Origin: Octopus sinensis
Taxonomy: Eukaryota
Reading direction: 5' to 3'
DNA length: 64,000 nucleotides
Assembly (NCBI RefSeq): GCF_006345805.1
Contig: NC_043007.1
Location: forward strand, 59,210,001 to 59,274,000
The number at the start of each line of letters is the position of its first letter. The stretch's first letter is position 1. The notes under the pieces were generated by a model that had not been told where the DNA came from, made no database searches, and saw only the letters and a list, made by a program, of their open reading frames with translations. This document shows, one piece after another, positions 27,321-39,246 of the stretch. The position numbers and the translations under genes were made by a program.

Positions 27321-28294
27321 GAAATGAAATTTTTTATCAATATATTTTGTAATAATCCTACAAATATAGATTCTTGCTTGTCGACTTTATATAAACAGAG
27401 CTTTTATTTTATTAATGTAAACAATATTAAAATTGAACATTAAACAACAATTTAGGAGTATAAAATAACTAAAGGGACTTTTGAAATTGTTGATCTTGAA
27501 ATTGTTTGAAAAGTTGATCTTTTAAAAAATTAGATTACTGGGACCTAGCTATGTTTGTTAAGAGTCCTGTGAGCTATATAATGGAGTCAGTAGTGCAACA
27601 ACTTGATTTTTACCTAAACACAGGTGCATACCCACTGTTACACCATTCAATAAATACATAAACAAATATGGAAAATTTAAACAGATGTAAGCATACATAC
27701 ATACACATAACTGAAGGTTGGTGAATATAAATACAGTATATACATACACACGTTCATATTCATATATGCATGTTCATGGATTCACATACACATGCATAGA
27801 CTTGTGCACAAATATGAATCAGAGAGATGAGAGTATACGTACATACGAATACAAATATATGTAAATATATACATATACACAATACCCAGTACTATGAAAG
27901 AATCATTCCCGAACTGCTATACAGCAGTGAACAAGCAAAGCATGCACTGAGTGTGTACAGTTGATAACATTTACAACACTACCACTGCTTTTAATTTGTA
28001 ATTGAATTTAATCTTATGTATGCATCATTGTAGAATTCCGTGGTTCTTACACCGTTTGTATATAGTTATAAATTGGTGATTCAGGTATGTGATGTTGACA
28101 AGCCGCAAAGATGGCGAAATATTTGATATCCATCACTCCTGAATGGGACTAGAAGTGAGTTGTCTTGCCTGTCTATGAAACTTCAGGTATTCCAACATCC
28201 AGTGCTTTGAGGGAGTCGTCCCCAAAGTGCTATACCACAGCTAGGTGGTAAACAAGCAAAACTCATGCACTGAGCATGTGTAGTCGATAATAAA

Positions 28295-28510
28295 CATATA
28301 TTGTTTTACTCATTTCATTAAACTGTAGCCATGCTGGGGCACTGTGTTGAGGAATTTTAGTCAAATTAATCGACCCTAGTACTTCTTTTTTTTCTTAAGC
28401 CTGCTACTTATTCTATTGGTCTTTTTCGCCAAACTACTACGTTACAGGAATGTAAACACACCAACACCAGTTGTCAAGTAGTGGTGGGGGACAAACAGAC
28501 ACACACATAC
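28295..28510 (+). repeat. Interspersed repeat family C (others at ~16255-16350 +, 16762-16857 +, 32695-32885 -, 36965-37195 -, 55195-55385 -, 63375-63420 -)
   Basis: Shared gtttcagtcatt.gactg.ggccatgctgg.gcac...gttgtcaag...ggggacaaaca sequence. Confidence 0.7.
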
Positions 28511-28566
28511 ATACATACACACACCTATATATATATATATATATATATACATACACACACAATAAT

Positions 28567-28716
28567 GAACTTCTTTCAGTTTCCATCTACCAATTCCACT
28601 CACAAGGCTGTGATTGATCTGATGTTATAGTAGAAGACACTTGCCCAAGGTACCATGCAGTGGGACTGAACCTAGAACCATGTGGATGGGAAGCAAGCTT
28701 CTTACCATAGAGCCAC
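28567..28716 (-). mobile_element. SINE family B copy (others at ~4745-4890 +, 10088-10237 -, 10870-10985 -, 14782-14938 +, 16065-16210 -, 16570-16715 -, 17515-17620 +, 33350-33490 -, 49920-50065 -, 55085-55170 +, 55460-55620 -)
   Basis: tRNA-like head (gtggttaagaag...ggttcagtcccactgc) plus CORE-like ccttgggcaagtgtcttctactata and tail gtggatttggtagatggaaactgaaagaag, recurring through the window. Confidence 0.75.
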
Positions 28717-28891
28717 TTCTGCACCTCTCACATATATATGGTTATTTAACTGGGAGAGGGTATTTTGTCTCAGTACCCACAGTCTGTCACTAGTTTAAGT
28801 TTCTGTTTCAGTAAAACTGATACCAGTTTGACTGATACAGATGTGCTCTCTCATTGATACAGTTGATTAAAATATATTGCCTTTATCTTAC

Positions 28892-28971
28892 CTTTGCCTC
28901 TTGAACTTTGTATTTGTTTTGGTTTTTATCTTCTGATAACATCTGCCATTTAATGGTATGCTTTATTTTGA
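28892..28971 (-). other. Candidate 80-nt exon of an unannotated minus-strand transcript
   Basis: Branch-like ctaac, pyrimidine tract and tatag| acceptor; aag|gtaaga donor; one open frame (xKIKHTIKWQMLSEDKNQNKYKVQEAK). No recognised homology. Confidence 0.4.
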
Positions 28972-29289
28972 CTATAAAGTTGTTTTGAGAAGGAGTTAGT
29001 TGGAAAAGAAAGAAATCTAGTACTAGAAGACAACAAACACGAGAAAAATAAAATAATTGATACAAGAATTGAAAAGGAAGAGGGGGAAGACAGTTGCCCT
29101 GCATTTCTTGATGCAGATCAAAAGAATGTGGATTGTTTCCCAAGTGTGAGCCAGTTACCTTTTCTAGAAAATTTAAGTGATATATACTAGACAAGTCATT
29201 AAATACATTATCATGCTTGTTTAATCTGCAGTTAAGTTCATCTTAATATGGCTGTATTCCATGGGTTTCCAACCTTTTCATCCCAATGG

Positions 29290-29590
29290 AAGGTGCATGA
29301 CTTTGTGGTTAAGGTATTCAGCTCACTTTCATAAGGTCATGAGTTGGATTCCTGGACATGTGTTATGTCCTTGAGCAAGACACTTTATTTCACATTGCTC
29401 CAATCCACTCAACTGGCAAAAGAGAGTAATACCTGTAATTCAAAGAACTAGCTGTGTCACACTGAATCTCCTTGAGAACTATGTTAAAGGCACACATGTC
29501 TGTGGAGTGTTCAACCACTTGTACATTAATTTCATGAGTAGGCCATTTGGTTGACTGAATCAACTGAAACACTGCTTGTAACCATAAATC
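29290..29590 (+). mobile_element. tRNA-derived SINE with gtccttgagcaagacacttt central domain
   Basis: Decayed A/B boxes followed by a conserved SINE central-domain-like motif. Confidence 0.55.
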
Positions 29591-30268
29591 CAGGCCAGGT
29601 CATTCCAATTATCACTGGCACCTTTTTCAAAGTAAATTTACTCCTGCTCTGTTCAGTGATTTTACTAAGTTGAAACAACTGACAAAGAAGAAACTTAAAA
29701 TGTTTTAAGTTCAAATAATAATAATGATCAAAATAACATAATATTATTTCATTTATTCAAGAATTAATGAAGATCAGATATCAGAACTGAATACATTTGT
29801 CTATCAAATAATTTCATTCAACATTATTACGATATGGATTATTAAAGCTAAAGAAGTTGAACGAAAAAATAAGTTTTTTCACAAAATAGATCTACTACAA
29901 ATTTTCTTCTCAACTTCAGATTTTTAAAAATATTATAATAGCTTATTATAAAAATGTGGCATTAAGTCAAACAGTTGCTATCATATGTAGCACTGATCCT
30001 GCTATTAGCAGATTCCATTGTGAAGACTGCCCCACTTCCTTCTTTTGGCAAAGAAAAGGCAAGCAATTTCTCACTTCTAGTTGTTATAGCAAAAGAAGTT
30101 GTGTGATGAACCCAACTTAAAGGAAGATTTGCCCTGGTGCTCTTGAGCAGGGTGATTTGAGATCTGTGGATAGCCTAGAAGTCCTTGTCCTGTGTTAAGA
30201 GGAAGACCCTCTTCCTGTTAATGTTTTATATCATAAATACTTCTGCTCTTTGAATGTTGGATCTTTGT

Positions 30269-30486
30269 CAGGGTTTCTCAATCATTTTTCACCTATGGAC
30301 TCCTTTAATTCCTGTTTTACTTGGGATGGACCCTCGCCGTTTAAAAAGTCATATATTTATAATTAAATATCATTAGGAATTGTATAAAAAACATTAAAAT
30401 ATTTTGTGTATTGTAGATAATTTTTAGCAAGAAAAATTTCATATGGCCCACCAAAAGGCCACATGGACCCTGGTTAAGAACCATTG
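30269..30486. mobile_element. hAT-type MITE
   Basis: Ends cagggtttctcaa / ttaagaaccattg; degenerate 8-bp TSD atctttgt / atcttcat. Confidence 0.6.
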
Positions 30487-31099
30487 ATCTTCATGAATAA
30501 AAATGTTAATCTCATTGTTCCAAATTCAGTGTTTAATAGAAGTACCATGAACTATAGAAGCTGGAATAGTTCTACAATGGTAAAGAGATGAACTGGATAT
30601 TCTTTCTAACATTGACTTTTGCTATCCAAAATACTAAACCGTCTAGATTTAAAGCAAAAAGTTGTTTAGAGAATACATAACTCATTGACTTCAGCTACAA
30701 ACTGGTACTCTACAGTTTCTGTCATCAGTTACTTCTGCATTTAGGTTTATTTCCACACAGGCCAGCTTAATTTAATTTGTGTAACTTTCTCCAGTTTTTT
30801 CCCATCCTTGTTTTCGTATACATTCGCTGCTTTCTTCCTAGAAATCTAATGCTCTTAGCTTAGTTTTTCCTTGGGGCTGGCCAGATTGGAGCAATCTCGA
30901 GTATAACCAGCCGAAATTGCAAAGATAATCTGGAACTTCACTGAGGAAAGAAAACTCCGAATGACCCCTCCTTGTTTTCTTTTTATCATCTATCTGGATG
31001 TTTTGTAGTGTCCCTTTTTTGTATCACCTGTCTGGATGTTTTGCATTCTTGTCCCATTTTGTATTTATATATATATATGTGTGTATACATGTATATATA

Positions 31100-31135
<36 letters not shown>

Positions 31136-31138
<3 letters not shown>

Positions 31139-31415
31139 CAATAAGAAAATAGAGGCGATCAAGGTGGTATTCATCAACTTTTAGACATTATATCATGTCT
31201 ATTTATTTAAAAAAAAAAACAATTATAACAATATACATATATGTATCATGCTTTACATATATAATTACTGGTATTTTTATATATATAAAGCATAATATGT
31301 TATACATGTATGTATATTGTTATAATTGCTTTTTTTTTAAATAAATAAAAAGACAATATAATATCTAAAAGTTGATGAATACCACCTCTTGATCACCTCC
31401 ATTTTCTTATTGCCG
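31136..31415. mobile_element. Palindromic fold-back MITE (Tc1/mariner-type, TA TSD)
   Basis: The two halves are near reverse complements (cagcaataagaaaatagaggcgatcaag... / ...cttgatcacctccattttcttattgccg), flanked by TA. Confidence 0.85.
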
Positions 31416-31589
31416 TATAAATTAAGGGTAAAACAAACTTTTACCTTCACCCATTTAGTACACTAGGTAATGTAATTGCTATGCAATGAAAAAACACTTG
31501 CATATTAATAATTGGGTATTCTACTAGCAGTATGTTGGATAGATATTATCCCTTAGTTGGTTGGATTCACAATCTCTAACTCTCTTGGA

Positions 31590-31598
31590 ATATGTGTG

Positions 31599-31641
<43 letters not shown>

Positions 31642-31690
31642 TGTATGTATGTATATATATGTATGTATGTATATATATATGTATGTATGT

Positions 31691-31724
<34 letters not shown>

Positions 31725-31939
31725 TATATATATATATGTATGTATTATATATATATATATGTATGTATATATATATATATATATGTATGTATATATATAT
31801 ATATATATGTATGTATATATATATATATGTATGTATATATATATATATGTATGTATATATATATATATATATGTATGTATATATATATATATGTATGTAT
31901 ATATATATGTATATATATATGTATGTATATATATATATG

Positions 31940-31970
<31 letters not shown>

Positions 31971-31985
31971 GTATATATGTATATG

Positions 31986-32026
<41 letters not shown>

Positions 32027-32080
32027 ATGTATATATATATATGTATGTATATATATATATATGTATGTATATATATATGT
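31590..32080. repeat. Long compound (TA)n/(TATG)n microsatellite
   Basis: Directly visible; source of the spurious Y/I/M/C ORFs. Confidence 0.98.
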
Positions 32081-32555
32081 ATCATCATCATCGTTTAACG
32101 TCCGTTCTCCATGCTAGCATGGGTTGGACGGTTCGACCGGGGTTCTAGGAAGCCAGAAGGCTGCACCAGGCTCCAGTCTAATCTGGCAATGTTTCTACAG
32201 CTGGATGCCCTTCCTAACGCCAACCACTCCGTGAGTGTAGTGGGTGCTTTTTACGTGCCACCTGCACAGGTGCCAGGCGAGGCTGGCAACGGCCATGGTC
32301 AGATTGGTGTATTTTATGTGCCACCGGCACGGAAGCCAGTCGAGAAGCCAGTCGAGGCGGTGCTGGCATCGGCCACGAGCCGGATAGTGCTTTTTACGTA
32401 CCACCAGACCAGGGATCCTGGCTGGTTCAATTCGATTTCGATTTCGCTTGCCCCAACATGTCTTCACAAGCAAAGGGGGTTGGCATGGGTGCCTGTCGTA
32501 CGGTCGCATTGGAGTATTTTACGTGCCACGGCCACGAGTCGGATAGTGCTTTTTA
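32081..32555 (-). mobile_element. RTE 3'-tail element / (GAT)n-tailed SINE with internal tandem subunits (shorter copies at ~4090-4268, 6027-6059, 6670-6770, 9438-9545, 9745-10010, 11215-11390, 15065-15450, 19815-20255, 34488-34570, 50112-50340, 62340-62399)
   Basis: Shares aagggcatccagctgtagaaa and cggacgttaaacgatgatgat with the 3' end of the RTE at 53150-53280; repeated gtgctttttacgtgccacc subunits. Confidence 0.72.
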
Positions 32556-34707
32556 TGTATATATATATATGTATGTATATATAAATATATATGTATGTAT
32601 ATATATATATGTATGTATATATATATATGTATATATATGTATGTATGTGTATATGTATGTATGTATATATATTTATGTATATATATGTGTGTGAGTGTGT
32701 TTGTCCCAAAATACTGCTTGACAACCAGTGTTGGGCTGTTTATATTCCTGTAACTTAGCGGTTCAGCAAACAAGACAAACAGAATAAGTACCAGACTTAG
32801 CAAAATAAGAACTAGGATCAACTTGCTTGACTGAACCTTTCAAGGCAGTGCCTACACCCCAGCATGGCCACAGTAGAAAAGACAAAAGCAACTAAAATAT
32901 ATATAAAATAAAAAAAAAGACACTCACAAACTTTTATAACCCAAATAATTAAAGAACTGGAACAACACAAGTTGCAGTATTCAGTGGGAAATATGCAATA
33001 AATATTGTGAACTTATTATACACCCTGATTCCCATGAATAAATCCTGGTTTGTCTATACAAAAACAAGTAAATTATAAATCCTCATCACCATAATCATCA
33101 TTGTACAAATGTCTACTTTTGCATGGTTCAGGTGAGAGGATGTTGGGAAAGGGGGTTTTTTATGGCTGGATAAACCTTGATACCCACAGCTACATGTTTC
33201 CAATTAAATTAATAATACCCCAGCCAACTGAAAGACAAACAGACTGAACCTTTTGTTTACAACCAGTGACATATATGAAAATGAGAAGAAATATGAAATC
33301 ACTCACAACATATAGTCATACACACACACACACACATATATAAACACTACAGACTTCTTTCAGCTTCCATCTACCAAATCCACTAACAATGTTTTAGTCT
33401 GCCTGGGACTATGGTAAATGACACTTTGCCCAAGGTGCCATGCAGTGGGACTGAACCTGAAATCATGTGGTTGGAAAGCAAGCTTCTTCACACACACACA
33501 AATGAGATCTGGGCTAAGCCTTTCAATATACATTTTGTTCAACTTGTTTTTCTAATAAAACGGGTTTTTATCTTTCTGAAACAACTTTTAGAACAACAGC
33601 CAGAAAAGATACAGTCTATAACAGTTTCACATAACAAATTTGAAATTAATCAAAAGCACACACACACACACACAGAGGGTGGTGCAAGTCATGCACCACC
33701 CAAATCACAAACATTTATCACAGCTACTTACATAAAAATACAAATATGGAAAGGTTATGGCAAAGCGTTACTTTACTAGTGCATGACTTTTCTGCCAGCA
33801 TGCACACATATTATATATAGATATATATTGGTTTAAAATTTTGGCACAATCCACCAATTTGGGGGAGGGGGTAAGTAAGTCAATTTCATTAACCCCAGTA
33901 CTCAACTGGTACTTATTTTATAGACCCTGAAAGATTAAAAGGCAAAGTCAACCCTGGCAGCATTTGAACTCAGAATGCAAAGACAGACAAAATGCCCCTA
34001 AGGATTTTGCCCAACATGCTAACAATTCTGCTAGACCATTGCCTTTATATATATATATATATAACTATGGAGGTATATATATATATATATATATATACCT
34101 CCATTTCCTTATGTATCAACTGCTATTTCCAATAAACATTGGTGCTTTGTTGTACCACTACTCTCTCTCTCTCTATATATATATATACATACATACATAT
34201 ATATATATATTGTTTGTTCCTTCTCGAGTCACACCTGGCTCATAGGGCCAGTTTCCTGGTTTCCTTGGCGTGTAGGTTCCCCACCTGGATGGGACTCTGG
34301 TCCATCACAGGTGAGCTGCAAGATGCAGGAGGAAAGAGTGAGAGAAAGTTGTAGCGAAAGAGTGTTTTGCTCATAAACACACACATCGCCTAGTCTGAGA
34401 TTCGAACCCGCGATCCCTCGACCACTGCTCAAACCACTAGGCCATGTGCCTCCACATATATATATTATATACATATATATATATATCATTATCATCATCA
34501 TCATCGTTTAACGTCCGTTCTCCATGCTAGCATGGGTTGGACGGTTCGACCAGGGATCTGGGAAGCCAATATATATATATATATATGAATGGACAAACGA
34601 AAGAAAGGGCATTGAACACATTTATTTGGAGTTACATGTATTACTCAAAACAGTTTCATTCAGATTCCATGCTACTCCAGATTTGAAAGCCCCTAATAGG
34701 GACATTC

Positions 34708-35701
34708 TCGTTGGTCTCTTGCTCAACTGTGCCCCACATATAATAATTAAGGGGTTTGTAGTCTGAGGAGTAAGATGGCCAGATGTTAGGGGTGATGTGG
34801 TTGCAAAATTTGTCTGATAGCTATGAGTGGGTTCTCCTACTTGTGTGGCATGGTGCAGAGTCCTGTTGCCAGACATAGGGTCTTCCAGCAGCCATCCTCC
34901 TGACCCAGAGCAACACTACCTCCTCCATGTTGAGACTGAGGCTGTGTGGAAAGACAAACGGAAGCATAACATCGCCATCACTAGTAATCACTCCAAACAT
35001 CATGATGTTGGCTGGATGTTTCATTTTTATCACTCTCAGTGCATGTTTTCGGGACATGGCAAGCCAATGGTTGTTCTGTGTGTTTACTATATGATCCTGA
35101 CAGAAACTTTTCTTGTCTGAGAAAAACCAAAGCATGTTCAGTTGGTGCTTGAGTTTGTTTGTTCAAAAGCTTTGTAGCATGGTCTTTCCTCTTGTCCTTG
35201 ATGGCTTGGGATAAGAATTGGTCCCTTCTCATTTTGTACGAGGAATACCAAATGTCTTCATGCACTACCTGCCTGATAAGAAACTCAGACACTCCTATGT
35301 CCCTGATTGACTTGCAGGGATTGTTGTCAATCATGACTTTGATCTCACCAACAAATTCAGGAGTTCTTTTCTTATCAGAATAATCAGAGTTTTCTGAGCT
35401 GCTGTACCTTCATAATCACCATTACACTCATCCAACTCTTTCCAAATCCTCTGCACTGTTCTCAGATTGACAACCAAACACTCTGAAATGTTCATATTGG
35501 AGCTTCTGGCACAAATGCTAAGTAATACAGCATGTTGTTTCCAAATTTCTGGCAAAGTGAATTGCATCATGATACTGCTTTTCTCACTGATGGTGCCCAG
35601 TTGACCCTACCATAACGTGTAGTTGACAAAATCAAAAACAAACAATGCACATGCACGAAATTAAAAATGTAAAATGGCGACAATTTACCCATTGCACCCT
35701 G
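34708..35701 (-). mobile_element. Mariner-like DD37D (maT-type) transposon relic, 3' end missing
   Basis: Broken minus-strand transposase with FFSDKK, KHPANIMMFG, WQQDSAPCHTS and WPSYSSDYKPL(N)YYMWG; 37 residues lie between the second D and the mutated third D. One TIR ends at 35701. Confidence 0.85.
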
Positions 35702-36654
35702 AATATATATATATATATATATATTTGTGGAGTTGACTGGTGCTCATCTAAAAGATAAGTCATGATCATACTTTTCTTCAATATTATCTTATCAATTATT
35801 TATAAAGTATAGTGTTATTATAACGTCTGCATCTATGTTGTAAATTTATTTTATGATATTGAGACCTGAAGAGTGGCTATGTATTGTTGGATCTAAGAAA
35901 TATTAATTTTTGATTGTAGATTTCAATATTGTAGATTCGTATACATAGTCATGAAATGCGTGTGGTCGTTTTAATGTGTATTTTTAATGTATATTATTTA
36001 GTATAGAAATTTTTAGCATGATATTAATAATAAAGTCGTTTTAATGTGTAGAAATTTTTAGTACAACATTAATAATAATATATTTAAATTTATGTAATAT
36101 CTTTCAGTATTAATTGAATTACTTTATGGAGGTTCTATCTCTTAATTCTATATATATTTAATTTATCGTGAAATTTGATTTAGTATTACTAAATTGAGTT
36201 TGTTTTCCCCTGTTGCCTTGGAATTTATATAAAGTGAAACTATTATCTCACATTACTTATATACATGCATACATATAAAAATACATACATATATATATAT
36301 ATATACACATACACATACACATATATATATATATACATACACACATATATATATATACATATATATACATACACACACATATATACATATAAATCTCAAT
36401 ATATACATGTATATATACATATACATCTATTTATATGTATGTATTTGTATATGTATGCATGTATATATGTAATAGTTTCACTTTTAATAGTTTGTCTATT
36501 AATAGTTTCACTATGTATATATTATATACATAGTGAAAGTATTAATAGTGTAACTTTCAACAGTGAAAGTATTAAAAACTGAAACTATTATCTCACATTA
36601 CAAGATGTTATTGTTTCACTTTTGACACGTAATATTGAAACAGTCTAAGAGATC

Positions 36655-36822
36655 ATTCCAGATTCACATTAAGCAAGAAGTCGAAAATTCTGTTGCGCCA
36701 TGACACTCCATGGACCTTAAGTAGTGTACGTGTGAAATTTGTATGAAATTGGTTGGGTAGTTCTCGAGTTTTAGTGATGCACACATATAGATACACACAC
36801 ACACACATTCCCAGTTTTATAT
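36655..36822 (-). mobile_element. 5' fragment of a Helitron-like element
   Basis: Minus strand starts tatatataaaactgggaatgtgtgtgtgtg..., like the 44837 element head. Confidence 0.4.
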
Positions 36823-37289
36823 ATATATATATATATGTATGTATATTATGTAAATATATGTATGTATATCTCATACTATTATGTATCATAACAGGATCCA
36901 ATGGGATTGGTCAACTAAATTCGCCTTGTAACCAGATTTGGTAGACGAAAATTGAAAGAAGCCAGTTGTGTACGTGTGTCTTTGTGTCTGTGTTTGTACC
37001 CTGCTACTGCTTGACAACCAGTTCTGGAGTGTTTACGTTCCATTAACCTAGTGGTTCTGCAAAAGATACTGATAAAATAAATAGCAAGCTTTAAAAAAAG
37101 TATTGGTGTCAATTCATTCCACTAAAAATTTTCCTAGGCTGGGAACCAACATGGTCGTAGTCTAATGACTGGAACAAGTAAAAGATAAAAGAAAACATAT
37201 ATACATACTATATATATAGAGAAATATACATATACTATATATATATATATATATATACATTTGGTAGACTGGACACATGAGCCTAGAAG

Positions 37290-37620
37290 ACTCATTGTTG
37301 TCACGCCATCTGCTAAAAATAGCAGCCATATTACCTTAAGATCACGTCCTATCTCAAGAAGGACACACTCACGTTGTACACGCATCTGAAGTACAAACGG
37401 TACGATAATGGCTGGAAGTCCTGTGATTGAAGGTCTGCATGATGAGCGTTGAGCCGGGGCAAAACAATAAGAAACTTGTAAGGTGTAGTGCCTACCTTAA
37501 CGAGACAACGGGAAATCTTTCCTGGAAAAGCTTGTAGTCGAAGCAAAAGCACGTTTGGAATCAACAGAAATGATCTGAGTCATTGGCATTTCATTTAAAA
37601 TGCGCACGCGCACACACATG
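37290..37620 (-). promoter_or_regulatory. Candidate promoter/first exons of an unannotated minus-strand transcript
   Basis: Unique CpG-retaining sequence; NRF1-like TGCGCACGCGCA at 37601-37612; YY1-like AGATGGCG on the minus strand at 37304-37311; minus-strand donors at 37496, 37373 and 37335. Confidence 0.35.
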
Positions 37621-38934
37621 CACGCACAATCATGACACTCACGCACACACAGGTAATACACACGCGCGCGCACACCTAGGCATATGAAAACTCTTCTTAT
37701 TTTGTTTTATTTAGAATTGAGTCAACTTAAACTTTTTGCAGACAAAATTAAAATTGTTTTTGAAATATTTCAGAAACATCAAATATATATTTCTAAGCTG
37801 TTTATATCAATCATTGTTTACGTTCCATTGTAAGTAGTCACGTAGGTTTTTGTCAAATGACACCTCACATGTGCTTGTGATTTATTCTCGGACAAAATGT
37901 TTAGCGGCATTTGTTTCGGCTCTTTATGTCCCGAGTTCAAATGCTGTTGCGGTCGACTTAGCTATTCCTTCATTTCGTCGTCAATAAAATAAGAACTAGT
38001 TGAGTACTGGGGCGATGTAATTAACTAACGCCCTAAAATTTCCGGCCTTGTGCCAAAATTAGAAAGAATTATCAATATATATTTACACAGGTTTCATAAA
38101 CAATAAATAGCAAAGAAACTATTAAATACTTAGGATCTTTGGTACTATAGGAATAGTTATCTATATTTTTTAGCAGGTATAAATATTTTTGTGCATTAAA
38201 TGAACATAATATCTCCCGTAGAAACGAAAGAGCAAAAGTTAAAATAAAAAAGGATCACATATGGAAAAAATTTAACCTTATTACTATCTATCTAAAAACT
38301 CACGCGCACTTATATATATATTCAATATTTGTTAATTAACCCAATGCGAGTTGAAAGGAAGCTTATACCCTTTTTCATGAAGAAAGGCATACTTTTAGAT
38401 TAATATTTAGGCCTAAAAGCACAAAAACAAACGCATACACCCATTCTTTTGTATATAACTCGGATTTGTGGCTCAAATCAAGTGCAGTCTGCATGTGAGA
38501 ATGAATATATATACACATATTATATATATATTAGTGAGTCAGAAAAAAGGCCAGGGAAAAAAAGCACACCCAACGAGAATTAGACCGGTTTTATTTTTAT
38601 ATTGTCGAGCGGTCTTGACGATGTGTGTGTGTGAGCACACATATACATGTAACCTGTTTGGTACTTAAAGCGTATAAATTGAACAACTGCAACATTTCCT
38701 ATTAATTCCTTAACCTTCTAAAAAAAAAAAAGGCACAAAGGCAGCAATTTTGAGAGAAGATACCATCGATTTCAGTATTTGACTGGTAATTTGTTTTATG
38801 AACTCCGAAAGGATAAAAAGTAAAACCGATCTCGGCGGGATGTGGGGCTGTGATTAATGCGGTGAAATAACACTGCTATTTTGGGAGTACGTAATTGTAA
38901 ACAGTATGCGCGTGCAGTTCGTGTATGTACGTGC

Positions 38935-39024
38935 GTATGTGGAGGGAGAACGAGAGAAGGGTTTGTATGTGGAGGGAGAACGAGAGAAGGGTTTGTATGC
39001 GGAGGGAGAACGAGAGAAGGGTTT
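38935..39024 (+). repeat. 30-bp minisatellite, 3 copies
   Basis: gtatg(t/c)ggagggagaacgagagaagggttt three times, contiguous. Confidence 0.95.
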
Positions 39025-39246
39025 ATAGAATAATGTAAGTCCTCGGTGACGCCTTGAAATAGGTAACAGAATAAACATATTAATAACATTTAAATTAACA
39101 AAATCAGCGGCGAGAGAAAACAGACAAGAAATAAAAATGATAATAAACCGTAAACCATGTAACATTTTAGTCCCGAAAACTCCTTTACACAGACTAAAAA
39201 AAAGATCACAGTGCATTTCTGAATCGAACATAAGGGCCTAAATATT

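Noticed and set aside
28050-28170. Minus frame SHSGVMDIKYFAIFAACQHHIPESPIY, faintly recalling DPH7/WD40 motifs
   Set aside because: The similarity is fragmentary and compressed; no other DPH7 exon or WD repeats were found.
30080-30207. Possible minus-strand exon (EEGLPLNTGQG... or AIHRSQITLL...)
   Set aside because: Acceptors lack pyrimidine tracts, and the region is better explained as the antisense of a decayed plus-strand TE-like ORF.
31557-32148. Long ORFs of 167-186 aa on both strands (also 62913-63198, 36265-36582, 58112-58363)
   Set aside because: Translations of (TA)n/(TATG)n microsatellites; stop-free by composition and not protein-like.
32111-32584. 157-aa GC-rich ORF
   Set aside because: Lies within the (GAT)n-tailed RTE-derived repeat; incidental open frame.
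33677-33701. Perfect 10-bp GC hairpin gggtggtgca / tgcaccaccc
   Set aside because: Not followed by CTRR on either strand, so not a Helitron end; too short to interpret.
37439-37585. U3 snoRNA-like words (gagcgttgagccgg on plus, gatcatttct on minus)
   Set aside because: The box A-like and box B-like matches are on opposite strands and the minus strand lacks a terminal CTGA; coincidence.
38935-39024. Repeats of CRISPR-like length (30 bp)
   Set aside because: Contiguous with no spacers, eukaryotic context and no cas genes.
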